In this document: piece by piece, positions 1-12,789 of the stretch
Layout of the letters: every line of letters starts with the position of its first letter
How positions within the stretch are numbered: the stretch's first letter is position 1
NCBI RefSeq assembly: GCF_018350175.1
Contig: NC_058381.1
Location: 56,854,001 to 56,918,000, forward strand
DNA length: 64,000 nucleotides
Direction of reading: 5' to 3'
DNA from: Felis catus
Lineage: Eukaryota
Position numbers and translations under genes: made by a program
The notes under the pieces: generated by a model
Told to the model about the DNA's origin: nothing
Database searches by the model: none
Seen by the model: the letters and a program-made list of their open reading frames with translations, nothing else

Positions 1-673
1 TCAGAAGACGCCCCTCGAAGCCTCTGGGCCCTTCTCTCCTTGGGGAGAAGGGACGTCTGGTCCCAGAGCTGTGAGCCTGGGAATGTGTGTTGGGGGGGGG
101 GCGATCGGGGGGCGCCTGGCTGTGGTTGTCCCCGAGGCCACTCCACCCCGGCCTTCCCCTGTCCGTGAGAGACTCAACTCCCAGTTCTGCGCAGGCTGAC
201 CAGCCAAGTTGCTGTCACCGACAGCCAGAGTCCTGACCCCTGTCATGGCCTCCTCACCCGCCACTTAGCAAGCCCAGAACACATCGATTTCTCTCGGGAG
301 AGTGCTGCCTGCATCAGATGCCGGCAGGACGGCAGCTGGGGGATGGGTAGGACGCTGGAGTTTTCCACCTGTGCTTTGGGGAAGCACCCCAGGCCCACAT
401 GTTTATCTGGGCTTACTTAGTGGGCTTTTAGATAACATCATGATAATGGCAAGGATTCCATTATTAAACAGAACGCTGTGTATTGCATTTTGGCCTTATT
501 TTATTAAAAAAAAAAAAAACGTGTACACAACAGAAAAACCCAAGTGCTGACACCGGTAATAAGATGGACAGGTCTCGTAAACAGTGCGATTGGGCCACAG
601 ATGGCCATCCTTCTGGACGGCGGTGGCCCTCCAGCCTCCGTCCAAGACTCTCTGCCTCAAGATGGTGAACTGT

Positions 674-881
674 GGGGGCGCCTGGGTGGCCCAGTGGGTT
701 AAGTGTCCGACTCTTGATTTTAGCTCAGGTCACAATCTCACAGTTTGTGGGTTCGAGCCCTCCACTGGGCTCTGCGCTGTCAGTGTGGAGCCTGCTTGGG
801 GTTCTTTCTCTCCGTCTCTCCCTCTGCCCTCTCCCCCTGCTTGCACTCTCTCTCAAAATAAAGAAACATTAAAAAAAAAAA
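674..881 (+). mobile_element. CAN-SINE (SINEC)
   Basis: GGGGCGCCTGGGTGG tRNA-derived head, CT-rich body, A tail, TSD GTGAACTGT. Confidence 0.9.
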
Positions 882-956
882 GGCAGTGAACTGTAAACTA
901 TGTGTATGACAGTGAAGGAAAGCAGTAAGGTGGAACCGTGTACCAAATGCTAGAAC

Positions 957-1047
957 AGGGGAGCCTGGGTGGCTCCGTCGGTTGAGCATCCGACTTTGGC
1001 TCAGGTCATGATCTCGCAGTTCGTGAGTTCGAGTCCCGCATCGGGCG
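957..1047 (+). mobile_element. 3'-truncated CAN-SINE head
   Basis: A/B-box head only. Confidence 0.75.
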
Positions 1048-1591
1048 GGACTGAGGGGCGCAGCGAGGCCCCAGAGGGGACGCCAGGTGGGGAGCCTCGC
1101 GGCTTTTGCAGTGACTGGCTGGAGTCTGGTGTGACCGCAGGGGATCACGGGGGTCAGGAGGCAGGGCTCGGACCAGGAAGATCTTATAGGGAACAAGGCA
1201 TTGAGGAGCCCCCAGCAGCTTTTAAATGGGGAGAAAGAGGAGGAGACCGGCATTTTTGGAGCAGGAAGTAGGAAGGCATGGTGAGGGCAGGATAGGAGGC
1301 AGGATGAACTTCCAGAAGGGGGGGGTCCAAGTGCAGGTGAGGGATGTAAGGCCTGATCTGGGAGGGTAAGGGACTCGGCCCTCAGCTCAGTGTTTGTCGA
1401 ATGAATCAGCGAAGGCCTACCTGCATCTGGTTCGAGGCAATGCCCTGGGGGTCTCGAAGTCGGAACCCCACCCGTGGGCTTGCTCCCTGACACAGCTTGG
1501 CTAGGACCACGCCTGGGGCAGCATGACCCCGGCAGCTGCTCAGAGTGGGGACTGCCAGCCCACAAGAGCCCATCGCTGTGGATTTCTTCTA

Positions 1592-1817
1592 TTTTTTTTT
1601 TTAAATGTTTATTTAATTTTGAAGGAGAGAGAGAGAGAGACAGAGTGTGAACGGGGGAGGGGGAGAGAGAGAGAAAGGGAGACACAGAATCCCAAGCAGG
1701 CTCCAGGCTCTGAGCCGTCAGCACAGAACCCGACGCGGGGCTCGGACCCGCCAACTGTGAGATCATGACCCGAGCCGAAGTTGGACGCTCAACCGACAGA
1801 GCCACCCAGGCGCCCCC
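1592..1817 (-). mobile_element. CAN-SINE
   Basis: Full-length reverse copy, TSD TGTGGATTTCTT. Confidence 0.9.
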
Positions 1818-1875
1818 ACTGATGTGGATTTCTTGTCACTGCCCTTGGTCCCGAGAGTGACACATGGCACCTGTG

Positions 1876-2240
1876 TGTTGTAGACCGAATTATGTCCCTC
1901 CCCAAAGTCATATGCTGAGCTCCCAACTGCCAGTACCTCAGACTGTGACTACGTTTGCAGAGGGGGCCTTTAAAGAAGGAATTAAGTTAAAACAAGGCTG
2001 TGAGGGTGGGTCCTGCTCCAATCTGACTGGTGTCCTTCTAAGAGCAAATGTATAAGAAAAGGACACACAGGGAGACGCCAGGCGTGCGTGTGCTCGTGGA
2101 AAGGCCCCGGGAGGATGCAGTGAGAAGGTAGCCCCTGCAAGCCGGGGAGAGAGGCCTCGGGAGAGACGGACCCTGCCCCCCGCCTGCATCTCACAGTTCT
2201 GGACAAAGTAAACGTCTGTGTCTCAAGCCGCCCTAGCAAG
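1876..2240 (+). mobile_element. MaLR LTR (MLT1A/B-like)
   Basis: TGTTGTAGACCGAATTATGTCCC...CCAATCTGACTGGTGTCCTT signature. Confidence 0.75.
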
Positions 2241-4110
2241 CCAGTGTAAATCAATTTCGTGAAAGTTGTGAGTCGGTGACACCCTCGGAGACAGACAGCT
2301 GGCGTCACCCTGGCTGGTCCCCAAAGCAGTCCCAGGCGGGGAACCCAACCCCGTCACCTCCCTGACCAAGAGTCCCAGCATTTCGCTACTGGATAGAACC
2401 CGAGGGTTTTAACGCCACGTGGCCCCGGCCACTTTTCCTCCAGTGGAGGGATGGGTGGGGGGACAGGCAAAGCACAGGGGCCAGGGTCTCCCAGAGGCCG
2501 AGGGGGGGAGGCTTCTCGGAGCCAGTGCGAGCCTGCAGACAGCATGTTGCCTTTTATGGCTGCCCTGGCTGATCCAAGCCTGATGCACAGCGCGAGACAG
2601 AGACAGGGGTAGGGAAGAGACAGAGAGAGAGAGAGAGACAGAGAGAGAAACATCTCTCTGCCTGAGCAGAAGGCTCGGCCCTGGGGTCCCGCACACAGGC
2701 TCTGCTGGGACCCTGTGAGTTGCCACCAAAGCCAACTGGGCTGTGACCGCGGCAGGGCCCCTGGTTAATCCGGGAGTGATTTTAGAGGACCACGGCTCCG
2801 CCAGGCTGGGGGAGAGGGAGGCCTCACTTCCCTGGGGATGCCCGACCCTCCCTCCCCGGCAGCAGCCAACAGAGAGAGGGGCCTGCACCATTCCCCTGCA
2901 CCTCTCCTCAGCCTGGGCAGCCCCACCCACCGCAGCGGCTGCAGGCTTCCCACGTGGGCACCGAGAACAACGGGCATCGTGCGGGCCCTGCCTCCCTCCC
3001 CCCCCCCCCCAGCTCCACTGCAGGCAGGGGGGGTGTGACGGTGCTCTCTCCCCTCCCAGAAACATGCCATTAGGCAATCAGGCTGCTCATCTTTTGCATT
3101 CAGAGGGGAGCAGCTGCGGGCGCAGACCTGGCGCCAGCTCCCGGAGCGCCTGTGCCGGGCGGGGAGGGTGGGGCCGGCAGAGGTCATGGTCACGGCGGCT
3201 CTCTCTCTCTCTCTCCCCCCGCCCGAACGTCCAAACAGCTCAGCCACCGCACGCCCAAGTGACAGCTCCAGGCAGGGGACCCTGTATTTGCGGCTGGATA
3301 AGGCGCACCCCTGAGCCAAGGAACTTGTGTCTTCTTATCTCAAACTGGCCCCTCTCAGCCTTTCTCTGTGGTCACGGCATCTTTGACACTTGGTCATGGC
3401 CCGGGAACGCTGATTCAAGCCTGCTGCTTCCTTTCTGCTCCCGCTTCTCAACCGCTGTCCCTGTCTCCCCGCCACGCCCCGTCCCCCCAAAAGCCCCTAA
3501 GATTCACCCTCATTCTCACGCTCCTACCAGTCGCTCGGTGCCTGAAACGGCACCGTTGTCCTTGACCTCACTCTCCCCTGACTCATTTGCTCTGAGAACA
3601 CCTTAAAATGCCAGCTCGATCATGCTTTTTCCCCCCAGTAGAGCCCTAAAATGACGGCTGCCGGGTTCAATTCAAATATCCCCAGGCCTGTGAAGTTCTT
3701 CTTCTTCCTGATTCAGGGGCTCAGTCTCGAAGGCTTCCCGGGAAGTGCTTTCCTCTCCCACCCCCCGGGGGCTGCCATGGGAGGGCAGGCTGGAACTTAG
3801 GGTCCCCCTTGGAACCAAGGCCTCGGGTATGTGATCTCGGGCATTCACCTCTGGGTGCTCCTCCTTCCTTTGCGCGGGGTCCTTTGAGGTCACAGAATCC
3901 GGGGAGGATGGTCTTGAGCTCAGTTTTTATCTTGCCCTCAGTGGGCAGACCCCTGGAGCTTTGTGGTGGGAACTGAGGGGATTGCTGTGAGGAGGGGCAG
4001 GGGAATAGAGGGGCTGAGACCTCCACCCAGGGCAGATCTGCTTTTGCTTTATTCACTGGGCTTCCATTTAAGATTGAAGAAGAAAAAAGGTATCTAGCGC
4101 CTTAAAAAAA

Positions 4111-4528
4111 TTGTTTTTCATGTGTTATTATTTATTTTTGACACAGAGAGAGACAGAGCGTGAGCGGGGGAGGGGAAGAGAGAGAGGGAGACCCAGAATC
4201 CGAAGCAGGCTCCGGGCTCCGAGCTGTCAGCACAGAGCCCGACGCGGGGCTCGAACCCACAATCGTGACCTGAGCTGAAGTGGGACGCTTAACCGACTGA
4301 GCCACCCAGGCGCCCCCTTAATTTTTTTTTTAATGTTTATTTATATTTGAGAGAAAGAGACAGAGTGCCAGCGGGGGAGGGGCAGAGAGACAGAGACAGA
4401 ATCTGAAGCAGGCTCCGGGCTCTGAGCTGTCAGGACGGAGCCCAACGCGGGGCTCGAACTCACCAGCTGTGAGATCATGACCTGAGCCGAAGTCGGCCGC
4501 TTAACCGACTTGAGCCCCCCAGGTGCCC
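4111..4528 (-). mobile_element. Two tandem CAN-SINEs (about 4111-4316 and 4322-4528)
   Basis: Two reverse full-length copies. Confidence 0.9.
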
Positions 4529-5646
4529 TGCTAGTGCTTTTAAAAATGTGAGGAAGCCACTGTGGCTTTGACCTAATTCAAAACCCTATAGCTGATAAAA
4601 CCTTTGATGAAAGTTCTCCAGTGTGTTTGAACACTTGTAGCCTCGGGGAGCTCACTACCTTACAGAGCCGTCTGCCTCTTTGGGGCATCCGGGGGCAGGA
4701 AGAGAAATGGCCTCTGCCTGCTGCCCAGGCCAGTCCTACGAGGAGGTAGCATTGCCTCCTGGCAGGGGCTGCCCCGTTCCTTCTCTTCGTTGTTCCTGCA
4801 GTTTATAAATTCCACAAGCATGTGGTGGGTGCTCCTGTGTGCTGAGCCCGCTGTAGGAGCTGGGGGTGTGGCCGTGACCATGGCAGGCAGGGACCCTGCT
4901 CTCCGGAGCCGACATGCCGCTTCGGCAGACAATGCGTGCTGACATAAGGGATGACCTCAGACCCTGTGGAGTGCCGTGAAGAAAGCCCGATAGAATGGCG
5001 TGCTGGAGCAGGGGTGGGGGACTTCTATCCGCTAAGGTGCTCAGGCGCCAGACCCTGGAAAGGCAAGGGGGCAGGAGCAGTCATGTGAAGGTCTAGGCCA
5101 GGGAGGGTCCGCCGGGCAGAGCGGAGAGCAAATCCCAGGGTCCGGATGGGGGGCAGGCCGGGTGTGTCTGAGAGCTGGGAAGGCGGCCGTGGCTGCAGAG
5201 AGGAGGCAGGGCGGGCCGCAGGGCCGAGGCAGGAGTTTGGAATGTATTCTGTGCCACCGCAGGGCTTAGAGCAGGAGAGCGTGAGGGGCCCGTTTCCAGG
5301 TTATAAAGATCGCGCTGGTTGTTGGGTGGAATGTGGGCGGCGGGCTGGAAGCAGGGGGAGCCGCTGAGAGGTTCCTGCACAGCCCAGAGGAGCCGCGGAC
5401 TGCCGGAGCAGCCTGGAGTGGAGAGGAGGGCCTGACGTCAGGAGGAGGTATCCCACAGGTAGAGGCGACAGGACTTGCTGATGGAGTGACTTCAGGCCAG
5501 AGGGAAAATGAGAAAACAAGACTTGTGTGGGCTTTTGGCCTGAGCAGCTTGGGGAGCCATGGAGGAATTCTGAGCAGGTGGTGAAGGACGCTGGGGGCGG
5601 GGAGGGGCCGAGGGCACCCCTTGGGCAACAGAAGTCAAGAGCACTA

Positions 5647-5863
5647 GGGGCGCCTGGGTGGCTCGGTTGGTTAAGCGTCCCACTTGGGCTCAGGTCACGA
5701 TCTCACGGTTTGTGGGTTCGAGCCCCGCGTCGGGCTCTGTGCTGACGGCTTGCTCAGAGCCTGGAGCCTGCTTCGGATTTTGTTTCCCTTTCTCTCTGCC
5801 CCTGCCCTGCTCACACTCTGTCTCTCTCAAAAATAAATAAACATTAAAAGAAGAAGAAGAAGA
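5647..5863 (+). mobile_element. CAN-SINE with (GAA)n tail
   Basis: TSD AGAAGTCAAGAGCACT at 5630-5645 and 5864-5879. Confidence 0.92.
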
Positions 5864-7512
5864 AGAAGTCAAGAGCACTTAACAGACAGGGCCGTGTCGG
5901 GTGCTCACTGGACAACCACAGGCCAATGTTGAGGAGGCAGGAGATGGGGCTCAGGAAGAGGCTGGGGGGAGGGGGGGTGGGCAGTGGTCAGTGTGTTCCA
6001 GAGGCAGCAGCGGCGATCCGGGTCCAGAGGTGAGCTCTCCACTTGATATGGGCATGAGCTTGACCAGCGTGGACCAAGAACAAAGGAAGAATACTGGGTA
6101 AGATGCTGACTCAGGAAGCGGGGATGGGGGGGGAGACAGGGCGAGGAGGGGAGAGACTGAGACCCAGCGTTCACGTTCCCAGCACACAATACCCGGGGGC
6201 GTGGAGGAGCCAGGCTGCAGGGCCAAGTTCAGCCATCCAGACTAACAGGGCCATCCTGGACTCCGACCTCATATCCCAAATGAGGGCACATCACAAGCCC
6301 TAAACACACTCTCTTGCTCAGATGGCCAAGCACGCCAGATCCAATCCTCCCAGATGAACGGCTTTGGCATCGTTCCTACAAAGAGGATTTGGAGGACATC
6401 AAAAGCTTCATTAAAAAAAAAAAAAAAAAAAAAAAACCACCCAGAGGCACCAGCCAGCATTCTCCCCTTATCAGCAAGGATTAGGTGGAATTCTAGTGTC
6501 TACATTGCGGGATAAATAGAGACGGTTATGCACAGCGAGAACCCGGGGACAGAATCAGAGCTGGGAGCACAGGATGAAATGAAACCACCGTGCAGGGGGA
6601 CCGACCAGGCTGAAGAATTCTGACCACGACCAGCTTTAAGGATAATAGCACAAGACAGGTGGCCGGTGTTTAAAATGTCTAAGGAGGCCTCTGCACCACA
6701 GGCAGAGAAACTGGTTTCAGGCTTCATGAAGAATAAAGATACAAATGGTTGGACCCCTGGAGCAGGGTTTACTGATCTGGACTGGAGGTGCTTGCTTGTC
6801 TTGGGATTGCTCTCAGATTCTGAGTCCTCAGCAAATAAGCATCTGGCCAGGAGAAACACTATTAATACCGAGGTCACAGAATTAGGTCCTTGCTGAGAAC
6901 GTGCCCAGGGGTGTCTCAGCCAGAGGTCACGTTGGCCAGACCAGTGTTAACAACGTGTGCTAGGAATTTTACTTGCAAATATGAAACCCACGCGTGCACA
7001 CAGATAATCGTGGACCGCCAAGCGCTCTAAGAGATATCAGAGGTGGTTTTCGTTCAAGCCTTTCAGTTTGGGGAAACCGAGGCCTAGAGGCACAGAGGTT
7101 AAAGGACGTCCCCCCCCCCCCCCCAAGTCCTACCTACGGCTATTCAGAGGCAAAAATATTAGGTAAACAAGTACCGTGCATTGTCACGCTGGGTTTCCTT
7201 GGGACCATTTAATCTCACTTGTTATTCTTTAGCCATTGTGGCCAGGAGAACGCGACTGATACTTCTCCCTTCCGGGTGGGAGGGGAGTGGCATCCTGCTG
7301 CAGCATCCCAGGCTTCCTTTTCGGTTCTCACCAAGCGGCAAGCAGAAAGAGTGTCAGCAAGGCGCTCGGTCTGTGCACAGCACGACCCTCGTAGGGGTTT
7401 CTGAACCCCATCGAAGTCCTGATTCATTCACCTGTCCCTAATGGTGGCAGACCAGGTGTGGTCAGACTCCGGCTGTTCCAGAAAGGCAGCTTTGTCTCTT
7501 AAGACATGTTCT

Positions 7513-8169
7513 TGGGGCGCCTGGGCGGCTCAGTCGGTTGAGTGTCGGCCTCTTGGATGCTTGATTTCGGCTCAGGTCATGATCCCAGGGTCGTGGGATT
7601 GAGCCTGGTGTCAGGTTCCATGCTGAGTGTGGAGCCTGCTTAAGATTCTTTCTCGGGGTACCCGAGTGGCTCGGCTGGCTAAGGGTCTGACTCTTGGGAT
7701 TCTTGATCTTGGCTCAGGTCATGATCCCTCGGTTCATGGGATCGAGCCCCACATCGGGCTCTACGCTGACAGCGCAGAGCCTGCTTGGGATTCTCTCTCT
7801 CCCCCTCTCTCTGCCCCTCCCCCACTTGTTCTCCCTCCCTCTCTCTCTCTCTCTCAAAATAAATAACTAAACTAAAAAAAAAATTAGGGGCGCCTGGGTG
7901 GCTCAGTCCGCTAAGCACCCGACTTCGGCTCAGGTCATGATCTCGCCATTCCTGAGTTCGAGCCCCACATCGGGCTCTGTGCTGACAGCTCGGAGCCTGG
8001 AGCCTGCTTTAGATTCTGCGTCTCCCTCTCTCTCTGCCCCTTCCCCGCTTGTGCTCTGTCTCAAAAATAAAAATAAACATTAAAAAAAATAATAATGAAG
8101 GATCTTTCTAAAAAAATTTTTTTAAAAAAAGATCCTCCCTCCTTCTGCCCTTCTCCTCCACTTGCAAGT

Positions 8170-8215
<46 letters not shown>

Positions 8216-8250
8216 TATATATATATATAGAGAGAGAGAGATTCTTTAAA
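7513..8250 (+). mobile_element. Nested CAN-SINE cluster (outer element split by copies at about 7655-7885 and 7887-8095)
   Basis: Three SINE heads; outer CT-rich body resumes near 8131, followed by (CT)n(TA)n(GA)n. Confidence 0.8.
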
Positions 8251-8327
8251 AATTTACCACCTCCCACTACGTAGAAAATTCTGACAGCTGAATTTTCTGT
8301 GTGCAAATAAGACTATCTCCGAAAGCT

Positions 8328-8551
8328 GGGGCGCCTGGGTGGCTCAGTCGGTTGAGCGTCCGACTTTGGCTCAGGTCACGATCTCACAGTCCGTGAGTTC
8401 GAGCCCCGCGTCGGGCTCTGGGCTGATGGCTTGGAGCCTGGAGACTGCTTCCGATTCTGTGTCTCCCTCTCTCTCTGCCCCTCCCCTATTCATGCTCTGT
8501 CTCTCTCTGTCTCAAAAACAAATAAAACATTAAAAAAAAAATTATAAAAAA
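8328..8551 (+). mobile_element. CAN-SINE
   Basis: 18-bp TSD AAGACTATCTCCGAAAGC at 8309-8326 and 8552-8569. Confidence 0.93.
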
Positions 8552-8704
8552 AAGACTATCTCCGAAAGCAAGAACAAAGTTGAGCCATCGGGAAAGCCCC
8601 TGGACTTCTTTCTCACATGGAAGAAGACTTCTGAGCTGAAATGACTTTACAGAAGATACCGTCTTGCACTACCGAACCCTGGACTCTTGTCTGCAGCTCG
8701 GCAC

Positions 8705-9022
8705 GACCCCCCAATGTGATGGTATTTGGAAGTGGGGCCTGTGGGGGTCACCAGTGTTGGATGAGGTCCTGAGAGTGGGGCCTCCATGATGGGATTATTG
8801 TCCTTATAAGACGAGGAAGAGACCAGAGAGCTCTCTCTCCACCACGTGAGGACACAGCAAGGAGGTGGTTGTCCACAACCAGGAAGTGGGCTCTTACCAG
8901 GAACTGAATCGGCCGGCACCTTGATCTTGGGTTCGCCAATTTCCAGAAGTGGGAGGAATAGATTCCTAGTGTATAAGTCACCCAGCCTATGGCATTTTGT
9001 TTTAGCAGCTCGAGCTAAGACA
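8705..9022 (+). mobile_element. MaLR LTR (MLT1A-like), 5'-truncated
   Basis: AATGTGATGGTATTTGGA...GGCACCTTGATCTTGG...CTAAGACA end. Confidence 0.8.
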
Positions 9023-9291
9023 AGATTCCAAAGTGAGCAATTGACAGATATCTGTCTCGCCCTCCACTGGCTGGGTTCTGTGCCTTTGCTGAGAGAACAG
9101 AAAGTGGGGCCATGTCGGCATCACGAAGGTCAGGACGGATGATGGTGGAGGGGATTCACATGCTCCTAAACCATTCTGTGGTCTCTGGTGGGGGGGGGGG
9201 GCGTGCAGGACACAGCTGTGGTGACAAGGATGGTGAGGGTAGGGGACACAGCATGGACCTAACAGCAGGAACACATCAGAGGTGAACCAGG

Positions 9292-9509
9292 GGGGTGCCT
9301 GGGGGGCTCAGTCAGTTAAGCAGTTGACTCTTGATTTCGGCTCAAGTCGTGATCTCACGGTTCACGGGTTCAAGCCCCACATTGGGCTCTGCGCTGGGGG
9401 TGCGGGGCCTGCTTGGGATTCTCTCTCCCTCTCGGCCCCTCCCTCTCTCGTGCTGTCTCTGTCTCTCTCAGAATAAATAAAACTTTAAAAAAAGAAAACA
9501 AAAAAAAAA
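9292..9509 (+). mobile_element. CAN-SINE
   Basis: TSD GAGGTGAACC. Confidence 0.88.
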
Positions 9510-9635
9510 GGAGGTGAACCCGGGCCCCGCCACACGGTGGGGACAGCCAGGTAAGGCTGTGCAGCCCAGTCAGACCCACACCGCCCGAGGGTCTGAAAAA
9601 CCAAGCCCCGTCCTGAGAAATTCCCCACTGGGTTT

Positions 9636-9909
9636 CTTTTTTTTTCCAACACTGTATTTTTTTGTAATTCAAGTATAATTAATATGCAGTGTCATAAAAG
9701 TTTCAGGTGCCCAATATAACGATTCAACAATTCTATAAGTTTCCCGGTGCTCATCAAGTCTCCAACACTGTATTTTGAGAAATTCCAAACGTACAGAAAA
9801 ATTGGAAGAATAAAACGATGAACAAGGTACTCACGTACCCTTCACCTAGATTCACCGATTATTAACATTTTGCTGTCTTTCCATTTTCTCTCCACGTACA
9901 CACCCACCT

Positions 9910-9945
<36 letters not shown>

Positions 9946-10330
9946 ACGATTAGCATCATGATACGTTGACCCCTGAACGACACGGGTTTGAACTGTGTAA
10001 GTCCACTTATAGGCGGATTTTTTCAATAAATACAGTAAATGCAAAAAAAAAAAAAAAGAAGAAGAAAAAAGAATCACTCTATGTTATTCCTAAATGTTTA
10101 GGCATGCGTTTTTCTAAGGACAATGACATATTTCCACATAATCACAACGCCAGCATCACGCAAGAAACTGTGGTGGATACAACAAAATAATCTAATAAAC
10201 CATTCATTTGAAACATATCCCAGTTATCTCCAAGATGTTCTTTATGGCTCCCCACCCCCACCCCCATCCAGAACCCAATCAAGGATCAGGCATTCCGTTT
10301 GTCTGTCTTGTCTCTTTAGTCTTCAGTCTG
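9636..10330 (-). mobile_element. Old L1 3' fragment containing a younger L1 3' insert (9661-9760), (GT)15 and a Tigger2-like end (about 9963-10040)
   Basis: TSD TCCAACACTGTATTTT at 9645-9660 and 9761-9776; GTTGACCCCTGAACGACACGGGTTTGAACTG resembles a Tigger2 terminus. Confidence 0.65.
9913..9942. repeat. (GT)15 microsatellite
   Basis: Read directly. Confidence 0.95.
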
Positions 10331-12789
10331 GCAGAGTGCCCTTGCCTGTTCCGTGTTTAGTGATACCGTCCCCACTCGGTTGCTGAGCAGAGCTAGGACC
10401 CGAGCGCCAAGAAGTCTGAGTTCTGGCCCAGACTTCACTCTAGTACCATCTGAGTGACCCCTGACTTTCACCTTGACCACTGTTTGGGAACCCTACGACG
10501 TAGTCTTGCTGGAATCCACGCCTCTGTTGGGTAAGAAGCCTGGTAATCCTAAAATTGCAACTTATACATCAGCACCAAAGAGCACTGTTTCCTGGCCTTA
10601 AAAGGGACCGGCTCTGGTTCGTGACATTGTTGGCCACCGTTCTCTGTGAGGGAGTGGCAGGCCTGTCACGCTTCCTCAGCTGCCCACCCCTACACTCGCC
10701 CCAAGGAGACATGACAAGAAAGAGGTTCTAACAATAGAGCTCTGCCCAATGCCCAGCCTCCCTGCCCTGGCCGGTTGCTCACCCCCCATTTCTTCAGTGG
10801 CTGCCCGGTGTCTCGGGCCATCATGCTACTTTGCTCCCCGCAACCGTGGGGACGCTTCCCAGTGAACCACAGCCACAGTGAAAGGCCGCTTCCCTGGGCT
10901 CTGGATCCTTCTCAATAATCAGCTTTGTGAGTCAAAGGAAGCAGCTGCCCTGAACCTCCCAGGCCTGGCAGGGCAGAAGGACGACTGGATCAGAACTGCC
11001 ATTAGTTAGCAAGGTGGCTGTATGCCCCCAGCCCCCATTTCCCCAGGGTCCTTCCACCCGCTCTCCAGGCTCGGCAATATGATAATGAGAAGTCTGTTTC
11101 CAGCCAATTTCTTAACAGCTTCTTCCAGGGGTAATCCCACCACTAAGAAGGCAGAGTAGTGGGGACAGTGATAGGTGTCCCCCCCCCCCCCGCCCCCAGC
11201 ACCTGATCCCGGGGCCTGAGGCACGGCAATGATTTAGTGTTTGCCAGCTGGAGTTGATGGGGGCTGGGCAACTCAGCAACGGTTGGGGACCTGAACCTAC
11301 AAGGGAAGGCAGGAGCTCCGAGTGAGGAGACTGACTTCAACATAACCCTCGCGTCGGGATGATCTCGGGACAGGGTGTCGCAGTGGGAGGACGGCCTCTC
11401 AGGGTCATCTGGCAACTGCCCCGCATGTGAACCCCTGTGATGAGCTTTGTCCTTCAAGGCGCCCACTCCCCCCCCACAGGACGAGCATTTTCCAGACAGA
11501 GGCAAATTGTGCTCTGGCTGCTACTGACCATGGGCACCGGGCCCATCCCACTAGGATCTCGAATTGCTGAGGGTCCCCAGGCCTTGCAGAAAGCTCTCTC
11601 CTGGGTGCTGTAACCCAGAGGGTCAAGACATGACTGGATGCCACAATCAGGCGCTGCAAACTTCAGTCTAGAACTTGCTGCTGAGTGATAAAGGGCCACT
11701 GTGGGAGCAGGGCTTGCTGAGGGCAAGTGGCTGAGAATAGCCCGTACGCCTCTCCTGTTCCCAGGAAGCCGTGAGCGCAGGCAGAATCCCAGATACGGGA
11801 GCAAACCTAACAAATCAGCACAGGTCCAAACCCTACCTGCCATCCTCATGGATGAGGTCAGCAAGAACAGCAGGGCCTCCATTAAAGCGGAGTCCCTGTC
11901 TTCCTTGGGCCGGATGCAACAGCCCTGGGCAGGCTGGTTAGAATCCGCTCTAATGACACAATTAGTCACCCACTTTGTCAAACAAAGCGCCTGCCTGCTC
12001 AGAGGGGTCCGGCACACTTACTCAGCAAAGAGAAACCCCTTGGCCCAGCCTCACTGCCTTCTCCCCTCGAGGGTTCTCTCCAGTATAAACCACCGCGTCC
12101 AGCAGAATTCAGAATGGGCACTGACCACACACTGACAAGGCACTAAAGCAGCCTGGTCACGCTTTCTACTGCTCTGGCCATCCTCCCTTCCAAGAAGAGG
12201 AGCTGGGAAGTTAATTCTGATGTGGGCCCTGGGTGGGAGCCTACAGGGGCCCAGGGAGGAGGAAATCCTGGGAATGTGGGTTTTGTGCCTCGCCAGCAGG
12301 TTTCCAATGTAGAGACAAGCACTGGGAAAAGTGTATTTCTTGGTGGGTGAGAGCATATCTCTCTGGGTATCCTGAAGCAAGGCGGCACCGTCAGGACAGA
12401 GCTGAAGGACCACAGGGAGTGAGGCGTGGGGCAGTCGCAGGAGGCTCAGCACAGGGGTGCTCAGCTGTGCTGTAGGGGGGCCTTATCTTGCCCCTCCATT
12501 CTATAAAGGCCAGGCTTATCTGCAACCCCCGGGGAGATGTGCCAAAGCACGTGTGCAGTTTGAAAACGACAATAAAAATGACCGCAATTGTGTGGTGCTT
12601 TTCCCATCGGCCCCACCCTATGCGCTTCACCAGAGACATCACTGACTCTGGAGTCTGGATTTCAAATTGGCTTAAAAAAAAAAAAAAGCCAGCTTTCCTT
12701 CCCCCCCCCTCCAAGTATGACTATTTTTTTCTTTATCGAGACAACTCTCATTACTGCAGACCTTGAAATGTGCCACATGCACGTGGATG

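Noticed and set aside
1-60. GEKGP peptide on - resembling MXRA7 exon 2
   Set aside because: Only five residues match, followed by a stop, with no acidic flanks or FSFKYSPG motif; coincidence
674-760. tRNA-like A/B boxes at SINE heads throughout the window
   Set aside because: tRNA-derived SINE heads followed by CT body, A tail and TSDs; not functional tRNA genes
780-1805. 341-aa ORF and the recurring ...VMISRFVSSSPASGSVLTAQSLEPA... peptides
   Set aside because: Translations of CAN-SINE consensus, not a gene family
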